A stretch of 24,000 nucleotides of DNA from Verrucomicrobiota bacterium (GTDB lineage: Bacteria > Verrucomicrobiota > Verrucomicrobiia > Chthoniobacterales > SZAS-18), in NCBI GenBank assembly GCA_031370675.1, contig JANMQT010000038.1:1-24000 (forward strand), in the 5' to 3' direction. The notes beneath the pieces were generated by a model. That model was not told where the DNA came from, did not search any database, and saw nothing but the letters and a program-made list of their open reading frames with translations. The translations under genes were made by a program, and so were the position numbers. Each line of letters starts with the position of its first letter. Positions within the stretch are counted from its first letter, which is position 1. Shown piece by piece: positions 22,556-24,000 of this stretch.

Positions 22556-24000
22556 TTACTTGCTGCGCTTTCCGTTGATCAGCTCGTTGGCCAGCGCGGG
22601 TGCATCGTACACCTTGTTCAGCGACTCGATGACCGCGGGACTGGCCACGCTGATGGCGCGATTCATCCCGTCCTCATAGGCGTAGTCGCCGGACAGGCTG
22701 TAGAGGTTGCCGTCGAAGATAATGCCGACAAATTCACCCGCGCGATTGACCACCGGGCTGCCCGAATTGCCGCCAATGATGTCCTGCGTGCTGGTGAAGT
22801 TGAACGGTGTCTTGAGATTGAGCTGCGGCTTCGCCTTCACCCAGCGCGCCGGGAGATTGAACGGCTCGCGGTTGCCCTGCTCGGTGCTGCGCTCAAAGAG
22901 TCCGGCGAAGGTCGTGATGGGAGGAATCTTGACCCCGTCCTCCACGATGCCCTTCACCACGCCAAACGACAGGCGGAGCGTGAAAGTCGCATCGGGAAAG
23001 GTGTTGGTGCCATCGAGGCTGAACTTGGCCCTCGCCAGCGCGGCCTGGCCCTGCTTCTTCAATTCCGTCTGCGCCTCGGCGACTTTGCGCGCGGCGCGTG
23101 CATCCGTGTCGACCAGCCGGGCGAGCTCGATCATCGGATCGTTGGCGGCACTAACCGCCGGTGCCCCGCCCTCGTAAAGCTGCTTGCGAAACGCGACGTC
23201 GCGAACCTTGGTGGCCTTGATCAATTCGGCTGCCCGCGCGCGCGGCGACTTTCCGGCCAGCACCTTGACCACCAGCGGATTGGTCGCTCCGAATTCCTCC
23301 GCCATCGACTGCAGCGAATCGGCGAGCAGAATAATCTCCAAATCCTCATAGATCGGCTTCTCCGAAAGGAGCTGCTGCTCGAACGAGGGAAGGCCCGCGT
23401 CGCCGTACTCTCGCAGGCGATCCCCATTCGGCTTTGCCTTTTCGTCACCCGCGCGGAGCAGTTGCCGCGCGATATTGAAACTGTCGCTCGAAAAGCCGAA
23501 GCCGTTCTCAAGATAACGCACCTGCGGCGCGACTGTCGCAATGGTTTTTTGGGCGGCGGCAATCTTGTCGAAGGCCGCGAGGGCCTCGGCGAATTTCTCG
23601 GGATTCTCGCTCAGGCGGTTGCGCAGGTTGGTCTCGGCCTGGGCTTTGGCGGCCATAAATGCAGGATCATAGAGGGCCGCGAGCCGGCCGTCATAGACCT
23701 TGCGGCTGTTCTGGATGCCGAACACGTCCTCCTTCGCGCGACGCGAGTTCTCCGCGCTGCGTCCGCTCCAGGCCGTCAGCAACACTTCGCGCCGCTTGAG
23801 CCGGTTGTTGACGAATGGCGCCTGGCTGTCGCGGATGTAGTTCAGCTCATCCATGGTGAGCTGGCGGCTGGTGCCGCCCGGATTGCCCGAAACAAAGGTC
23901 AGCTCGCCCTCGGCCGCGCCTGCCTTCGAAAATTTTAGGAAGTGCGGCGGCTGGATGGGCTTGCCGTCCTCGTAAATGCGGAACAGGCAAATATCGAGAT
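22556..24000 (-). CDS. S46-family serine dipeptidyl-peptidase (DPP7/DPP11-like), C-terminal ~480 aa. The gene continues past the right edge of the window.
   Basis: Catalytic-Ser motif DIIGGNSGSPVVNRAGEFVGIIFDGN near the C-terminus. The frame stays open upstream of the first ATG (23854) to nt 24000 and reads ...LDICLFRIYEDGKPIQPPHFLKFSKAGAAEGELTFVSGNPGGTSRQLTMDEL, which matches the S46 pattern. The true start is therefore outside the window. Confidence 0.85.
   Translation of the reverse strand, partial: LDICLFRIYEDGKPIQPPHFLKFSKAGAAEGELTFVSGNPGGTSRQLTMDELNYIRDSQAPFVNNRLKRREVLLTAWSGRSAENSRRAKEDVFGIQNSRKVYDGRLAALYDPAFMAAKAQAETNLRNRLSENPEKFAEALAAFDKIAAAQKTIATVAPQVRYLENGFGFSSDSFNIARQLLRAGDEKAKPNGDRLREYGDAGLPSFEQQLLSEKPIYEDLEIILLADSLQSMAEEFGATNPLVVKVLAGKSPRARAAELIKATKVRDVAFRKQLYEGGAPAVSAANDPMIELARLVDTDARAARKVAEAQTELKKQGQAALARAKFSLDGTNTFPDATFTLRLSFGVVKGIVEDGVKIPPITTFAGLFERSTEQGNREPFNLPARWVKAKPQLNLKTPFNFTSTQDIIGGNSGSPVVNRAGEFVGIIFDGNLYSLSGDYAYEDGMNRAISVASPAVIESLNKVYDAPALANELINGKRSK

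Noticed and set aside
23852-23854. ATG at 23854 as the start of the S46 peptidase
   Set aside because: The frame stays open to the window edge. The upstream translation continues the S46 family pattern (…GELTFVSGNPGGTSRQ…), and S46 enzymes are ~700 aa. The gene is therefore truncated by the window.

Overview
GC-rich bacterial chromosomal segment. G/C is strongly preferred at third codon positions, so almost every real gene has a long arginine-rich antisense 'shadow' ORF. I call 18 protein-coding genes and found no rRNA, tRNA, CRISPR array, transposase or integrase. Left to right: (i) the 3' end of a secreted-type protein made of two tandem copies of a ~124-aa domain, followed after 8 nt by a glycan module: a coiled-coil + dual-GT2 glycosyltransferase and two SAM methyltransferases; (ii) a small exported DUF4440/NTF2-like protein; (iii) a minus-strand CreB/CreC-like two-component locus, creB-like -> creC-like -> unknown 574-aa exported protein -> CreD-like membrane protein; (iv) an orphan family-5 peptide-binding lipoprotein and a PQQ-type sugar dehydrogenase; (v) a minus-strand beta-oxidation operon (FadN/FadB-type enzyme, thiolase) with a PhzF-family gene appended; (vi) housekeeping and envelope genes: exported hypothetical, DAG-kinase-family lipid kinase, AsmA-family protein, RsmD, and an S46 dipeptidyl-peptidase running off the right edge. 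Most interesting at sequence level: four TTCAY pentamers at exact 11-bp phasing, equal to two tandem copies of the E. coli CreB 'cre tag', sit just upstream of the unknown 574-aa gene. This suggests a CreBC-controlled envelope module with an uncharacterised partner for CreD. Also notable are three intergenic arrays with strict 7-nt periodicity (TCGA or TCAC cores); one forms a long inverted repeat between convergent genes. Product calls rest on motifs recognised by eye and recalled family sequences. No database search was run. Taxonomy cannot be assigned from the sequence alone.
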